Origin: Cyanobacteria bacterium P01_A01_bin.123
Lineage (GTDB): Bacteria; Cyanobacteriota; Cyanobacteriia; Phormidesmidales; Phormidesmidaceae
Reading direction: 5' to 3'
Assembly: GCA_039815185.1 (NCBI GenBank)
Contig: JBCBZT010000046.1
Coordinates: 1 to 62,057 of the forward strand
DNA length: 62,057 nt
Below are positions 21,327 to 31,570 of this stretch, piece by piece. The notes under the pieces are model-generated. The model saw only the letters and a program-made list of their open reading frames with translations. It searched no databases and was not told the DNA's origin. Made by a program: the position numbers and the translations under genes. Within the stretch, counting starts at the first letter, position 1. Every line of letters begins with the position of its first letter.

Positions 21327-21387
21327 GGTGCACAGCATTATGGAGGATGACACAATAGGAAGAGTCCATGTTTTTGGGGAGGCGGTT

Positions 21388-21531
21388 ATGCTGCTGTCTC
21401 AAACTGATTTAGAGGCATTCCAGGCGCAACACCCAGACCATCGCCTGGAACTGGTGAGTGGCAAAGTGATTGTGATGCGTCCATCAGGCTATGAATCGGA
21501 TGAGGTGGCTGCTGAAGCCATTCGCCACTAG
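21388..21531 (+). pseudogene. Truncated Uma2-family endonuclease (N-terminal 47 aa only)
   Basis: MLLSQTDLEAFQAQHPDHRLELVSGKVIVMRPSGYESDEVAAE then stop; GGAGG RBS. Confidence 0.7.
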
Positions 21532-21541
21532 TTTTCTACCC

Positions 21542-22546
21542 TCAGTGGCGGAGCGATCGCGGATTCACCCCAAACCGTTGGCGAAAGGCAGCGGCAAAGT
21601 GCCCTTGACTGGCATAGCCAACCGCCAGTGCCGCCTGAGTGACTGTGACATCACCTGCCAATAAAAGCTGTCTGGCCTGCTCTAACCGCTGGGTTCTGAC
21701 ATAGCCAAACACGGTTGTCTCAAATACCTGTCGGAAGCCAACCTTGAGCTTGTGCTCATTTAGCCCCACCCGATGGGCCAAGGCAATGATCGATGGTGGG
21801 TGAGACAGCTCTTGTAGCAAGATATCCGCTGCGCCATGTACGCGCTCGATATCCCCTGCCTTGAGGCATGAAGACCGACGTTTGTTTTGATCCAGGGCCA
21901 GCCATTGCTCAAGCTGGAGCGCCAACAGTTCCAAGGCTTTGCTCTCTAAAAATAATCGCTTCGTTTCGTGGCGGTAGGGGCATTGCAAAATCTGCTGCAA
22001 GACCACCCGCATGGTAGGTGTCATTTTCCCCAGGGAACGATGGAAACGATAGCGATCACCGTGCTCTAGTGCCCGTTGCAGTGGCAGGGGAAGCGCATCC
22101 AGATCAAACCCTAGAGCCTGGAAAAATTTAGGGTCAATCTCCAGCCGAATCAGCTGTACGCGCTGGTTCGCTGGGCTGATCTCATCCTCTTCAATATCCG
22201 GCAGGGCAAAAAAATAGCTCTGCCCTGCGGTTTCAGAGTATTCAGCAGCAACATTGGGTATCCCAGGGCAGCGGACGTGATGCTCCCCAGACAGATAAAA
22301 CTTAGCCACCAAGGGCATATCGGCCTCGTGTCCAGACTTTAGGTATAAACCCCGGTGGTAGTCGTCATCACTCCATTCTAGACACAGTCCTGACTGGAGC
22401 TGCACTTCCCAGAAGTGATCGTTGCTATACCTGTGACGGCAATAGCTAACGCGATCAAAGCCGTTAGTATTGTAAGCAACAGCACCGCCGGCTTCAAGAC
22501 ATTCATGCCAGTGTTGGTTGTAAGCTTCCCGCGTCGTCGTTTCCAT
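21542..22546 (-). CDS. AraC-family regulator
   Basis: QQILQCPY, LESKALEL, VGYASQGHFAAAFRQRFGVNP. Confidence 0.93.
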   Translation of the reverse strand: METTTREAYNQHWHECLEAGGAVAYNTNGFDRVSYCRHRYSNDHFWEVQLQSGLCLEWSDDDYHRGLYLKSGHEADMPLVAKFYLSGEHHVRCPGIPNVAAEYSETAGQSYFFALPDIEEDEISPANQRVQLIRLEIDPKFFQALGFDLDALPLPLQRALEHGDRYRFHRSLGKMTPTMRVVLQQILQCPYRHETKRLFLESKALELLALQLEQWLALDQNKRRSSCLKAGDIERVHGAADILLQELSHPPSIIALAHRVGLNEHKLKVGFRQVFETTVFGYVRTQRLEQARQLLLAGDVTVTQAALAVGYASQGHFAAAFRQRFGVNPRSLRH

Positions 22547-22577
22547 AGCAAAATCAGAAACAGTTTTAGCCAGTATA

Positions 22578-22762
22578 AATGGGATTGATTCCTAAGAACT
22601 GTTAGCGTCCGATCAGCAATTGTCGAGTAGGTGTTGACTGACTACCGTCTGCTTTGAAACTTATCATTCTTAATCGAGAGAAACCCACAGATCTGAATTT
22701 GGCTCAGGTGTATTCCCTACACGACCTCGATATACTATCTACTAATGAAAATCATTAGCATT
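22578..22762. promoter_or_regulatory. Divergent AraC promoters, each with a Fur box (22578-22596; 22744-22762)
   Basis: AATGGGATTGATTCCTAAG and AATGAAAATCATTAGCATT. Confidence 0.6.
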
Positions 22763-22782
22763 TGTAGGGGTGAACGCCTGTT

Positions 22783-23802
22783 ATGGCAAATATGGCACTT
22801 TCGTTTTCAACCAATAATTTGAGTGAAATGTTTGCCGAAGCCCAACAGCAGACAGGGGCTGCCTGTTGGGCCAACCCGGACGAATCGCTCTATACCCTGG
22901 ATAAACCCTTTGGTCGTTTAGCCTATCGTCATATTCATCTACGAGAGGGGTTGGAACTCTCGATCAGCAGGCTCGACCTCTATGAGAATCTCAAGGTGAT
23001 CCAAAAAACAGAGGATTATTCAACACTGGAGCTGAGTTTTTGCATGACGGGTGAGTTTCAAGGACGGTATCATGCACCCTCTGCGCCCCAGTCTGCGGGG
23101 CCTGGTAAGAACTTTGTCAGCCTTTTGCAAGGTGATATTGACTTCACCAATGACTACTCAGCCCGTCATCCGATTTCGGTTTTGACGATCAATGTTGCCC
23201 CGAGTGGGTTAGGCGAGTTGATGCCCAACCGGCTAGACTATGAAGCCCTCGGCGAAACCGTGTCGATTCAAACCGCCCAGGCAGAAATCTTTGGCACGAT
23301 TGGTTGGACAACGCCGACGATGCTGGCTGCGATTCAACAAATTTTGTCTTGCCCTTACCAAGGCAAAATTAAGCAGATCTATTTGGAAAGCAAAGTTCTA
23401 GAGTTGATTGCCCTCAAATTAGAGCAAGTCAGACAGCGTGAGTTGCACCATGCCGCAAAAACTGAACTAAAGTCAGATGATCTGCATCGTCTCTATCGGG
23501 CAAGAGAAATTTTGCTGGCTGACATTGAACATCCCCCTTCCATTCTTGAATTGGCGAAACAAGTCAGCATTAATGACTTTAAGCTAAAGCGGGGGTTTCG
23601 CCAGGTGTTTGGAACGACCGTGTTTGGCTGTCTCTACGAGTATCGAATGGAGCGCGCCAAGCAGCTACTGGATACCCAAAGTTTGCAAGTGGCTCAGATT
23701 GCCCAAACGGTTGGTTATGCGAATCCTAGCCAATTTGCAGCAGCGTTTAAGCGTAAATTTGGGGTTTCTCCTAAGGTCTATAGAACCCAGCATCATCAGT
23801 GA
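22783..23802 (+). CDS. AraC-family regulator
   Basis: QQILSCPYQG, LKRGFRQVFGTTVFG, VGYANPSQFAAAFKRKFG. Confidence 0.93.
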   Translation: MANMALSFSTNNLSEMFAEAQQQTGAACWANPDESLYTLDKPFGRLAYRHIHLREGLELSISRLDLYENLKVIQKTEDYSTLELSFCMTGEFQGRYHAPSAPQSAGPGKNFVSLLQGDIDFTNDYSARHPISVLTINVAPSGLGELMPNRLDYEALGETVSIQTAQAEIFGTIGWTTPTMLAAIQQILSCPYQGKIKQIYLESKVLELIALKLEQVRQRELHHAAKTELKSDDLHRLYRAREILLADIEHPPSILELAKQVSINDFKLKRGFRQVFGTTVFGCLYEYRMERAKQLLDTQSLQVAQIAQTVGYANPSQFAAAFKRKFGVSPKVYRTQHHQ

Positions 23803-23837
23803 TCAGAGCCACTGTAAAAACGATAACAACAATGGCT

Positions 23838-23912
23838 AAACTCCCGCTCGGGGTCAAAGAAACTCCGTTTTAGAGTTGCAGTCGGCAGATTCTATTGCGT
23901 ATGTTTCTCAAT
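23838..23912 (+). promoter_or_regulatory. TBDT promoter: tandem AraC repeats, -10 TATGTT overlapped by Fur box (23894-23912)
   Basis: AAACTCCCGCTCGGGGT / AAACTCCGTTTTAGAGT; ATTGCGTATGTTTCTCAAT. Confidence 0.6.
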
Positions 23913-23913
23913 T

Positions 23914-26487
23914 ATGCGTTGGGAGCGTGGGGAATTGAGGCATATCAGTCGTGCAGGCAGTTGGGCATGGGCTATCAGCGGAGCCGTTTGGGTGGCAACG
24001 TTGTCATCGCCAGTACACGCAGCGCTGGTTGAAATCACTCAGGTTGAGTTGACGGTCACTGAAGGGGGTGTTGAATTACGCTTAGCGGTTGAGGACAGTC
24101 GTGAACTCCAGGTGTTTCAAATCCAGTCAGGCACCACTTGGGTTGTCGACATTCCGAATGCCCAGCTTGTAGATAGTGCTGCTTTTGAACAGATAGAGGT
24201 TTCAGAAGCGATCGCCTCTGTTTCTGTCCAGCCGTTAGAGAACGGCGGCATCCGGGTCACGGTGGTTAGTCAGGAGCAACCCCTGCTCGGCACTGTAGAA
24301 ACCCGCGATCGCGCCTTGGCTTTAACCATCACGCGTGAGGCCGTTGTCCAAGCTGACCCTGCCGATGCTGACTCTCCCAATGCGGATTCTGGCGATATTG
24401 CATCCCCATCAGATACCTCTTCTAATGGAGATGCGTTGCAGATTGTTGTGACTGGCGAAGCACTTGGCAGCGCTTATGTTGTCCCCCAAGCGACCACCGC
24501 CACCCGTACCGAAACGCCCCTACTCGAGATTCCCCAATCGATTCAGGTGATTCCCCAACAGGTATTAGAAGATCAGCAGGTGATTCGTCTCGATGAAGCC
24601 CTGCGTAACGTCAGTGGTGTCGTCGCTGACACAACCGAAGGTGCTGGCTTTCAGTTCAGCGTGCGAGGTTTTCCGTCGGCCAGACTCTTGCGGGATGGCT
24701 TTAGTCTGTCTGGGTCAGATGCGCTCTCCAATACCGGTATCTTGGCACTGCCCGAGATTGCCAATGTCGAACAATTGGAAGTATTGAAAGGGCCCGCTTC
24801 CATTCTCTATGGTGAAATTCAGCCCGGCGGGGTGATCAATCTGGTCACTGAGCAACCCACACCAGAACCGTTATATGAAGCGGAACTGCAACTCGGTAGC
24901 CGCAGCTTGATTCGCCCCCAGCTTGATTTTTCAGATCGGCTGACTGCCGATGGTCGCTTGCGCTATCGATTAAACGCGCTGGTACAGCGGGAAGATGGTT
25001 TTAGGGATTTTAATCAGGGTATTGAGCGTGAATTCATCGCACCCGTGGTGGCCTGGAACATCAGCGATCGCACCACATTGACCCTAGATTTTGAATATCT
25101 TCGGGATGAGCGTCCCAACGATGCGGGGCTACTGGCCTTTGGACAAGGCGTTGTGGATGTACCGCGCGATCGCATTGTCGGCGAACCTGACGACGTGGTT
25201 GAACGCAGCTTTATCACCACGGGTTATCGCTTGGTGCATCAATTTAGCGACAACTGGCAGGTTCGCCATGCCTTTCGCCACAGCAATCAAACCTATAGCA
25301 GCAACTTCTTTTTGCCGTTGACCTTCAACGAAACCACAGGCATCGTCACTCGCCTTGGTGGCGGCACGGAGTGGTATCAAGACTTCTATGGTTTGCAAAC
25401 AGATGTTGTGGGGAATTTCACAACGGGCTCCATCGAGCACACGCTGCTTTTTGGCATTGATCTAAGCCGAGACAGAAGCGATATTGAAAGTCGCGTCAAT
25501 CTAGCCGCCCTATCCCCCCTAGATATTTTCAATCCCACCTACGGCAATGTCCAAAGGTTGCCCTTTGAACAACTGCTAAACCCCGCGCGGGTTCAAGACG
25601 TCACCACCTCTCGATTAGGCCTGTTTTTACAAGATCAAATCGAACTCTTTGACACGGTCAACCTCTTAGCGGGGATTCGTTACGACACTGTTAGCCAGAC
25701 GGTGACCAATGCCCCGTCTTTATTTGATGCCACCGGCAGTGAATCGAGGCAAACTGTCGATGCGGTGACCCCCCGGTTTGGCCTAGTCTATCAGCCTATT
25801 CCTGAGATTGCTGTGTATGCCAGCTACTCCCAATCCTTTACCCCCAGCAGCGCCACCAATCTAGCCGGGAATTTGCTCGAACCGGAGACTGGGGAAGGGC
25901 TAGAAATCGGTTTCAAAACAGAACTCTTCAATCAGCGGTTGATTGCGACGCTGGCCTACTTTGACATCACCCGCCAAAATGTCGCCACCCTTGACCCCAA
26001 CGCCCCTCCCCTTTCTAACGCTTCAGTGGCCACAGGGGAGCAACGCAGCCAGGGCATAGAACTGGATCTCTCAGGGGAAATTTTGCCCGGTTGGCAGGTG
26101 ATTGCCAACTATGCCTACACCGATGCCCGAGTCACCCAAGATAATGCGATTCCCCTGGGCAATGGTTTAGCGGGCATCCCAGAACACAGCGCCAATGTGT
26201 GGACGACTTACACCCTGCAAGATGGAGATTTAGCGGGTCTCGGTTTTGGTTTTGGGCTTAATTACGTTGGAGAACGGCCTGGGGATCTCAACAATAGCTT
26301 TCGATTAGACGAATACTGGGTTACCAATGCAGCCATTTTCTACGACCGCAATGACTTTCAGCTGGCCCTAAATTTCAAAAATCTCTTCAACACAAACTAT
26401 ATCCAAGGCACCCCTATTTCTAGGGTGAGGGGAATTGAACCCGGTGAGCCGTTCACCATCGTGGGTTCTATTTCTTTTCGCTTTTAA
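23914..26487 (+). CDS. TonB-dependent siderophore receptor with a more divergent AMIN domain
   Basis: ATRTETPLLEIPQSIQV, EVLKGPASILYG, terminal FRF. Confidence 0.95.
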   Translation: MRWERGELRHISRAGSWAWAISGAVWVATLSSPVHAALVEITQVELTVTEGGVELRLAVEDSRELQVFQIQSGTTWVVDIPNAQLVDSAAFEQIEVSEAIASVSVQPLENGGIRVTVVSQEQPLLGTVETRDRALALTITREAVVQADPADADSPNADSGDIASPSDTSSNGDALQIVVTGEALGSAYVVPQATTATRTETPLLEIPQSIQVIPQQVLEDQQVIRLDEALRNVSGVVADTTEGAGFQFSVRGFPSARLLRDGFSLSGSDALSNTGILALPEIANVEQLEVLKGPASILYGEIQPGGVINLVTEQPTPEPLYEAELQLGSRSLIRPQLDFSDRLTADGRLRYRLNALVQREDGFRDFNQGIEREFIAPVVAWNISDRTTLTLDFEYLRDERPNDAGLLAFGQGVVDVPRDRIVGEPDDVVERSFITTGYRLVHQFSDNWQVRHAFRHSNQTYSSNFFLPLTFNETTGIVTRLGGGTEWYQDFYGLQTDVVGNFTTGSIEHTLLFGIDLSRDRSDIESRVNLAALSPLDIFNPTYGNVQRLPFEQLLNPARVQDVTTSRLGLFLQDQIELFDTVNLLAGIRYDTVSQTVTNAPSLFDATGSESRQTVDAVTPRFGLVYQPIPEIAVYASYSQSFTPSSATNLAGNLLEPETGEGLEIGFKTELFNQRLIATLAYFDITRQNVATLDPNAPPLSNASVATGEQRSQGIELDLSGEILPGWQVIANYAYTDARVTQDNAIPLGNGLAGIPEHSANVWTTYTLQDGDLAGLGFGFGLNYVGERPGDLNNSFRLDEYWVTNAAIFYDRNDFQLALNFKNLFNTNYIQGTPISRVRGIEPGEPFTIVGSISFRF

Positions 26488-26593
26488 GCCCCTGACACAA
26501 GCCTCAGCTGCAAATGATTTACGTTGAACAACAGCTCGTATCTAATGTTCACGCTCAACGCCAACGTCCTACTCCCAGCAAATAACCACCATT

Positions 26594-27886
26594 GTGATTG
26601 CAACCCTACCCCTCAAAAAATATGGCTTATTAGGCAGTCTCTATCTGTCTCAATTTATGCCCTTTTGGTTTCTCTACGAAGCGCTCCCCGTCTTGCTGCG
26701 ACAGCGGGGCATGTCTTTAGAAGCGATTGGGCTATTACCCCTCGTCGCGATCGCAGTTTCATTCAAATTTCTGTGGTCACCTTTGATTGATCGCTACAGC
26801 TTTGCCCGCTGGGGCCACTACCGCTTTTGGATTATCTTTTTTCAGCTTTGGATTGTTGGGATTACCGTGGTGTGCAGTCTGCTGAGTTTAGATCGCCAAC
26901 TGCCGTTGATTTTGATTGGGTTAGCGCTATTGGGGGTCGGCTGTGCTAGCCAAGATATTGCCACCGATGCCTTGGCGGTGAGGCTGTTAGATCCGGCAGA
27001 ACGAGGCACGGGGAACGCAGTTCAAGGCGTGGGTGGATCCCTCGGCAAAATGATTGGGGGCGGCGCCATGTTGATTGGATTGAACCGTTGGGGATGGCGA
27101 CCCAGCTTGCTGATGTTGGCAACGCTCATGCTGATCGCCCTCTTGCCGGTTCTCGCCTATCATGAACCTCGCCGCGAAGCCATCCCATCCCCGGTCAAGC
27201 GGGTGGAGAACGGCATGGGGCTATTGGCCTACTTCAAAATTTTTCTCCGGTTTTGCCAACAGCCGAATATGGGAACTTGGCTCTTGATATTGGGGTTGTA
27301 TGCGGCTGCCCATAATCTCTCCGCCACGATGTTTCGCCCGTTGTTGGTCGATGCTGGGTTATCGCTATCGGACATTGGGTCACTGTTCGGGATTGTCGGC
27401 ACCAGCACAACGATCTTGGGAACGTTATCCGCCGGTTTGCTGATCACTCGATGGGGCCGCAAGCGATCGCTCTTACTCTCTAGCAGTGTTGCCTTGCTCG
27501 GGATTGTGTCTTACTTTTTGCCGACGTTTGGATTCACCCAACTGCCTGTGCTGTATGGCATTGTCAGCCTTGCATTTTTCGCACTGGGGATGGTCGGTAC
27601 CACGGCTTTCACCATCATGATGGACAATAGCCGTCTAGCAACAGCCGGTACCGACTATACGCTCCAGACATCGCTGATTGCCCTGGGCGGCATCTTGTCA
27701 GCTGCCGTCAGTGGCGTACTGGCCAATGCGATTGGCTATCGAGGCGTATTTGGCCTGAGCGTTTTACTACTGCTAGGTTGCATGGCATTAGTGGCCAACT
27801 ATTTCACATCAGCTATCGACCCAAAGCTCAAAACTGCACCCACCCCCAGGCAGAATCAAGACCAGACCCCGATTAAAAAGCGCTAG
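26594..27886 (+). CDS. MFS siderophore importer (RhtX/FptX/YbtX, AmpG-like)
   Basis: LYLSQFMP, KFLWSPLID, SQDIATDALAV, GTDYTLQ. Confidence 0.85.
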   Translation: MIATLPLKKYGLLGSLYLSQFMPFWFLYEALPVLLRQRGMSLEAIGLLPLVAIAVSFKFLWSPLIDRYSFARWGHYRFWIIFFQLWIVGITVVCSLLSLDRQLPLILIGLALLGVGCASQDIATDALAVRLLDPAERGTGNAVQGVGGSLGKMIGGGAMLIGLNRWGWRPSLLMLATLMLIALLPVLAYHEPRREAIPSPVKRVENGMGLLAYFKIFLRFCQQPNMGTWLLILGLYAAAHNLSATMFRPLLVDAGLSLSDIGSLFGIVGTSTTILGTLSAGLLITRWGRKRSLLLSSSVALLGIVSYFLPTFGFTQLPVLYGIVSLAFFALGMVGTTAFTIMMDNSRLATAGTDYTLQTSLIALGGILSAAVSGVLANAIGYRGVFGLSVLLLLGCMALVANYFTSAIDPKLKTAPTPRQNQDQTPIKKR

Positions 27887-27963
27887 GTTCACAACACCGT
27901 CCCCATGACGACTTAAATTCCGAATGTCGGCTAAACCAAACTTTCGTTGTCCACCATCGACCC

Positions 27964-29736
27964 TCAAACCAGCCCCGACTGTACGTACCAAAGCTTAGTG
28001 TAGTGCCCGTTACACGTTAGCAATTCCTCATGGGTTCCCCGCGACACAATTTGCCCCCCCGCCATCACATAGATACAGTCTGCCTGTCGAATAGTGGAAA
28101 GACGATGGGCAATCACAATCGTGGTGCGATGCTGGGTAATCTTCGCCAACGACTTCTGAATCGCCGCTTCAGTCTCATTGTCCACCGCTGAAGTGGCTTC
28201 ATCCAGCACCAGAATCGGCGGGTCCTTGAGAATGGCACGGGCAATGGCAATCCGCTGTCGCTGCCCCCCCGACAGCTTTTGCCCCCGTTCGCCCACGATG
28301 GTGTCATAGCTCTGGGGAAGCTGGTCGATAAAGTCGTGGGCCTCAGCTAGTTTTGCAGCCTGAATGACTTGTTCGTGAGTGGCGTCAAAACTGCCATAGC
28401 GGATGTTTTCAGCCACCGTTCCATGGAACAAAAACACCTCTTGACTGACCCAGCCAATGCAACGTCGCAAGTCGGCTAAGTGAATAGCTCGACTATCCAT
28501 CCCATCAATCGAAATTCGGCCACTTTGTACCTCATAAAAGCGCAGCAATAGCTTCACCAAGGTACTCTTTCCTGAACCCGTTGCCCCCACAATACCAATC
28601 GTGCTGCCGACTGGAATCGTTAGGGAAAGCTGCTTAAGCACGGGATGACGACCATCATAGGCAAAGGTAATCCCATCAAATTGCACCTCGCCTCGAATGG
28701 TGCTGGCAGACAGAGCGCGATCGCCTGGGGGAATCGCAACCGGAGTATCCAACAAACCCATCACCCGTCGCACTGAAGCCATCGCCCGCTGATACTCATC
28801 CATGATTTCGCTCAGCTCAGTAAAGGGCCACAGCAAATCTTGCACAATGAACACCATGAAGCCGTAGGTGCCTACGCTGAGACCACCCCGCAGCACCTCT
28901 CGCCCCCCCAGAAACAGGGTGACGACAAAGCCCAACAGAATGAAGAACCGCAGCACGGGCTGAAAAGCCACACTCAACGCGATCGCCCGTTGGTTACTGT
29001 TGCGATAGGCCTGACTGTCTTGATAGACGCGATCGCTCTCAAACGCTTCAGCGGTAAAGCTTTTAATCGTGGCAATGCCGGAGAGATTGTTAGCGAGGCG
29101 ATCGCTGATTAGTCCAGCTTGGTCACGCACCGAGTCATAGCGGGGAGCCAATCGGGCTTGAAAGGTGAAGGTGCCCCACAGGATGAAAGGAATCGGCAGC
29201 ATCGCCAACCAGGCAATGCCGGGAGCCAGCATAACAAAGCTGAGACCCACGGCAACAACCCGAGTCAAAAAGCCAATCAGCTCCTGGGCACCGTCATTGA
29301 GGAAGCGTTCGAGCTGATTGATATCGTCGTTGAGAATGGATAGGAGGGTACCGCTGCTGCGGTTTTCAAAGTAGGCCAGTTCCAGAGTTTGCAGGTGGTT
29401 GTAGGTGTCAGTGCGGAGTTCATGTTGCAAGGTCTGGGCCAGGTTGCGCCAGAGTTTGTCAGCGCCGTATTGAGTGAGGGATTCTAATCCCCAAACCAAC
29501 ACGGTTAGCAGGGAAAGGACGAACAGTTGGGTGAGGGGGCTTGAAATGCCGAGGCGAGCGATCGCGGAGGTGTGTTGTTGAACCACGACATCGACGGCGA
29601 TACCAATCAGGTAGGGGGGAGCGAGGTCGAGCAGGGTGCGCAGGAGAGTGCAGAGGGTGGCGGCGATGATTTGAGGCTGGTAGGGGGTGCCGTAGCGGAG
29701 GAGGCGTGGTAGGGGTGGTGTGGGGCGGGTGACCAT
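27964..29736 (-). CDS. ABC transporter ATP-binding/permease (half transporter)
   Basis: TMD plus GATGSGKS, LSGGQRQR, LVLDEATS, IAHRLST. Confidence 0.93.
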   Translation of the reverse strand: MVTRPTPPLPRLLRYGTPYQPQIIAATLCTLLRTLLDLAPPYLIGIAVDVVVQQHTSAIARLGISSPLTQLFVLSLLTVLVWGLESLTQYGADKLWRNLAQTLQHELRTDTYNHLQTLELAYFENRSSGTLLSILNDDINQLERFLNDGAQELIGFLTRVVAVGLSFVMLAPGIAWLAMLPIPFILWGTFTFQARLAPRYDSVRDQAGLISDRLANNLSGIATIKSFTAEAFESDRVYQDSQAYRNSNQRAIALSVAFQPVLRFFILLGFVVTLFLGGREVLRGGLSVGTYGFMVFIVQDLLWPFTELSEIMDEYQRAMASVRRVMGLLDTPVAIPPGDRALSASTIRGEVQFDGITFAYDGRHPVLKQLSLTIPVGSTIGIVGATGSGKSTLVKLLLRFYEVQSGRISIDGMDSRAIHLADLRRCIGWVSQEVFLFHGTVAENIRYGSFDATHEQVIQAAKLAEAHDFIDQLPQSYDTIVGERGQKLSGGQRQRIAIARAILKDPPILVLDEATSAVDNETEAAIQKSLAKITQHRTTIVIAHRLSTIRQADCIYVMAGGQIVSRGTHEELLTCNGHYTKLWYVQSGLV

Positions 29737-29805
29737 GAATGCTACGTTTAGTCAGCTTTTTGGGTGAAGTTATAATGGGTCGTATAAACGTACTAGGTAG
29801 CTGCG

Positions 29806-30078
29806 ATGTCGTTGCACCCTCTATTGATTGGTTCATCTACGGCGTTGGGAATGGGTTATTTCTGTGTGGATGTTTATCGCAATCGGCACAGGTTATCTAA
29901 GCAGCAAGAGCCTGAAGTGGATTTGACCTGTTATGAGTTGGGTCTCGTTCCGGATAGTGGCGATCTGCAGGCAGTTGGTCAGGCGGGACATGCGATTGGA
30001 GACGCTTCGAGTGAGTGTATGAGTGGTGGGGTGGGGCATTGTTTGGAGGCGATCGCCCACGTTATTGCCCATCATTAG
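29806..30078 (+). CDS. Small hypothetical membrane-anchored protein with a Cys/His-containing C-terminus
   Basis: 90-aa ORF with a hydrophobic N-terminus, divergent from the ABC gene. Confidence 0.5.
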   Translation: MSLHPLLIGSSTALGMGYFCVDVYRNRHRLSKQQEPEVDLTCYELGLVPDSGDLQAVGQAGHAIGDASSECMSGGVGHCLEAIAHVIAHH

Positions 30079-30118
30079 ATGCAAACGTTTGAGTCTCTTT
30101 TGTGAGAACGACTTGACC

Positions 30119-30262
30119 ATGACTCCAAAATAAGAATTAATTCAAGCGATTGAGCAATCTCCCGATGAGTTAGTGCAGGCACTGTTGGGTCTGCTCAAGG
30201 TTTTGCAGCAGCCCTTATCTGAAGCAGAACCCTCTGGGCATAAAAAAGTGGATTGCAAATAA
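30119..30262 (+). pseudogene. Small DUF2281-like antitoxin relic with a premature stop
   Basis: MTPK*ELIQAIEQSPDELVQALLGLLKVLQQ...; TAA at codon 5. Confidence 0.45.
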
Positions 30263-30310
30263 AAAAATCATGGATTTGGCAACAAAAGCACTCGTTTAAG
30301 GAGCATCATC

Positions 30311-30538
30311 ATGCAAGTAAATTTGGCAGAAGTCTCTCAAGATTTGGTTCAACTGGTAGAAGCTGCTTTACACGGGGAAGAAATTATTATCCTTAAGGAG
30401 GATAAGCCTGTTGTGAAGTTGACTCCGGTAGAGCCAGTCCGACGTCGTCCTGCTAAAGCAGGTAGTGCTAAGGGACTAATTTGGATGTCGGATGATTTTG
30501 ATAAACCTTTGGAAGAGATGCGAGAATACATGGAATGA
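30311..30538 (+). CDS. Phd/YefM-type antitoxin
   Basis: LVEAALHGEEIII..PVVKL...GSAKGLIWMSDDFDKPL; AGGAG RBS. Confidence 0.8.
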   Translation: MQVNLAEVSQDLVQLVEAALHGEEIIILKEDKPVVKLTPVEPVRRRPAKAGSAKGLIWMSDDFDKPLEEMREYME

Positions 30539-30585
30539 AGCTTCTACTAGAGAACAGAGCTGTTGATTCAAGAGGTTTTGTCTGA
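30535..30585 (+). pseudogene. Stump of a VapC PIN toxin (first 5 codons)
   Basis: ATGA overlap with the antitoxin stop; reads MKLLL (cf. the typical MKLLLDTH start) then unrelated sequence. Confidence 0.5.
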
Positions 30586-30920
30586 TGCAACTGGAAGACT
30601 ATTTCAATGTATTGGCACCTGACGATATTCGGCTCCAAGGAACTCGGATTGGGATTGAGACGATTTTGTACGAATACATCTATCGCTGCAAAACACCCGA
30701 AGAAATCGCTGAGCAATTCCATACGGTGACGCTCGAACAGGTTTACGCCACGATTTTGTATTACTTGCATCATCGCTCAGAGGTTGATGCATATCTGGCA
30801 GATTGGCTAGAGTTTTCTCGAACGATGCGGGAAGAACAGGAGCGTAATCCGTCTCCTGCCAGACTGAGGTTTCGGAAAATGCGAGCGGAACAAGCTGAAA
30901 AGCAGCTACAGGAAAGCTAG
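30585..30920 (+). CDS. DUF433 antitoxin
   Basis: IRLQGTRIGIETIL..TPEEIAEQF..LEQVYATILYY. Confidence 0.85.
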   Translation: MQLEDYFNVLAPDDIRLQGTRIGIETILYEYIYRCKTPEEIAEQFHTVTLEQVYATILYYLHHRSEVDAYLADWLEFSRTMREEQERNPSPARLRFRKMRAEQAEKQLQES

Positions 30921-31282
30921 TGACCATTCGGTATCTGTTGGATGAACATCTTAATCCGGTGTATCGTTCCCAATTGGTAAGATGCAATCCTGAGTTGGTG
31001 GTGCGAATTATTGGCGATTTAGATGCGCCACCTAAAGGTACAGGCGATCCAGAAATTTTGATTTGGTGTGAAATCAATGGATTTATTTTGGTAACGAACA
31101 ATCGGAAGTCCATGCCTAAGCATTTAGCTGACCATTTAGCGCTGGGTCGCCATATTCCAGGAATTCTTACGATTAATATAGACCGTGGTATCGGACAAAT
31201 CGTTGAGGAATTAATCATCATTGCAGGCACCTCGTTTGAGAAGGAATATCAGGATCGAATTGAGTATCTACCTATAATCTGA
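30920..31282 (+). CDS. DUF5615 PIN-like toxin
   Basis: RYLLDEHL, DPEILIWCE..FILVTNNR, HIPGIL; coupled to DUF433. Confidence 0.85.
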   Translation: MTIRYLLDEHLNPVYRSQLVRCNPELVVRIIGDLDAPPKGTGDPEILIWCEINGFILVTNNRKSMPKHLADHLALGRHIPGILTINIDRGIGQIVEELIIIAGTSFEKEYQDRIEYLPII

Positions 31283-31570
31283 TGGCGTTCACGAAGTGCA
31301 TTCAAAGCACGATCGTACTCCATAATTCAGCAAGTTTGATGACAGCAGATCAGGCGTTTAAGAAAGTGAATAAATTGACGACGGCTAGCTGGTCGCGATC
31401 GCACTTTACAGTCCTCAATTGTCTGGAGAATTCCATTAAGATCCAGCGGAGCGAATTTTAGTTGAGACTGTTTGCTAAACACGCTGCGAAATCGCCAGAA
31501 GACACGATATTTTGCTGGCTGCGATGAATAGAAAGCAACAGGGTACGAACAGGGGCAGCTTAGTGAGCGA

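Noticed and set aside
30604..31230. 208-aa minus-strand ORF and the many other short ORFs overlapping real genes
   Set aside because: Antisense or alternate-frame shadows with no recognisable motifs.
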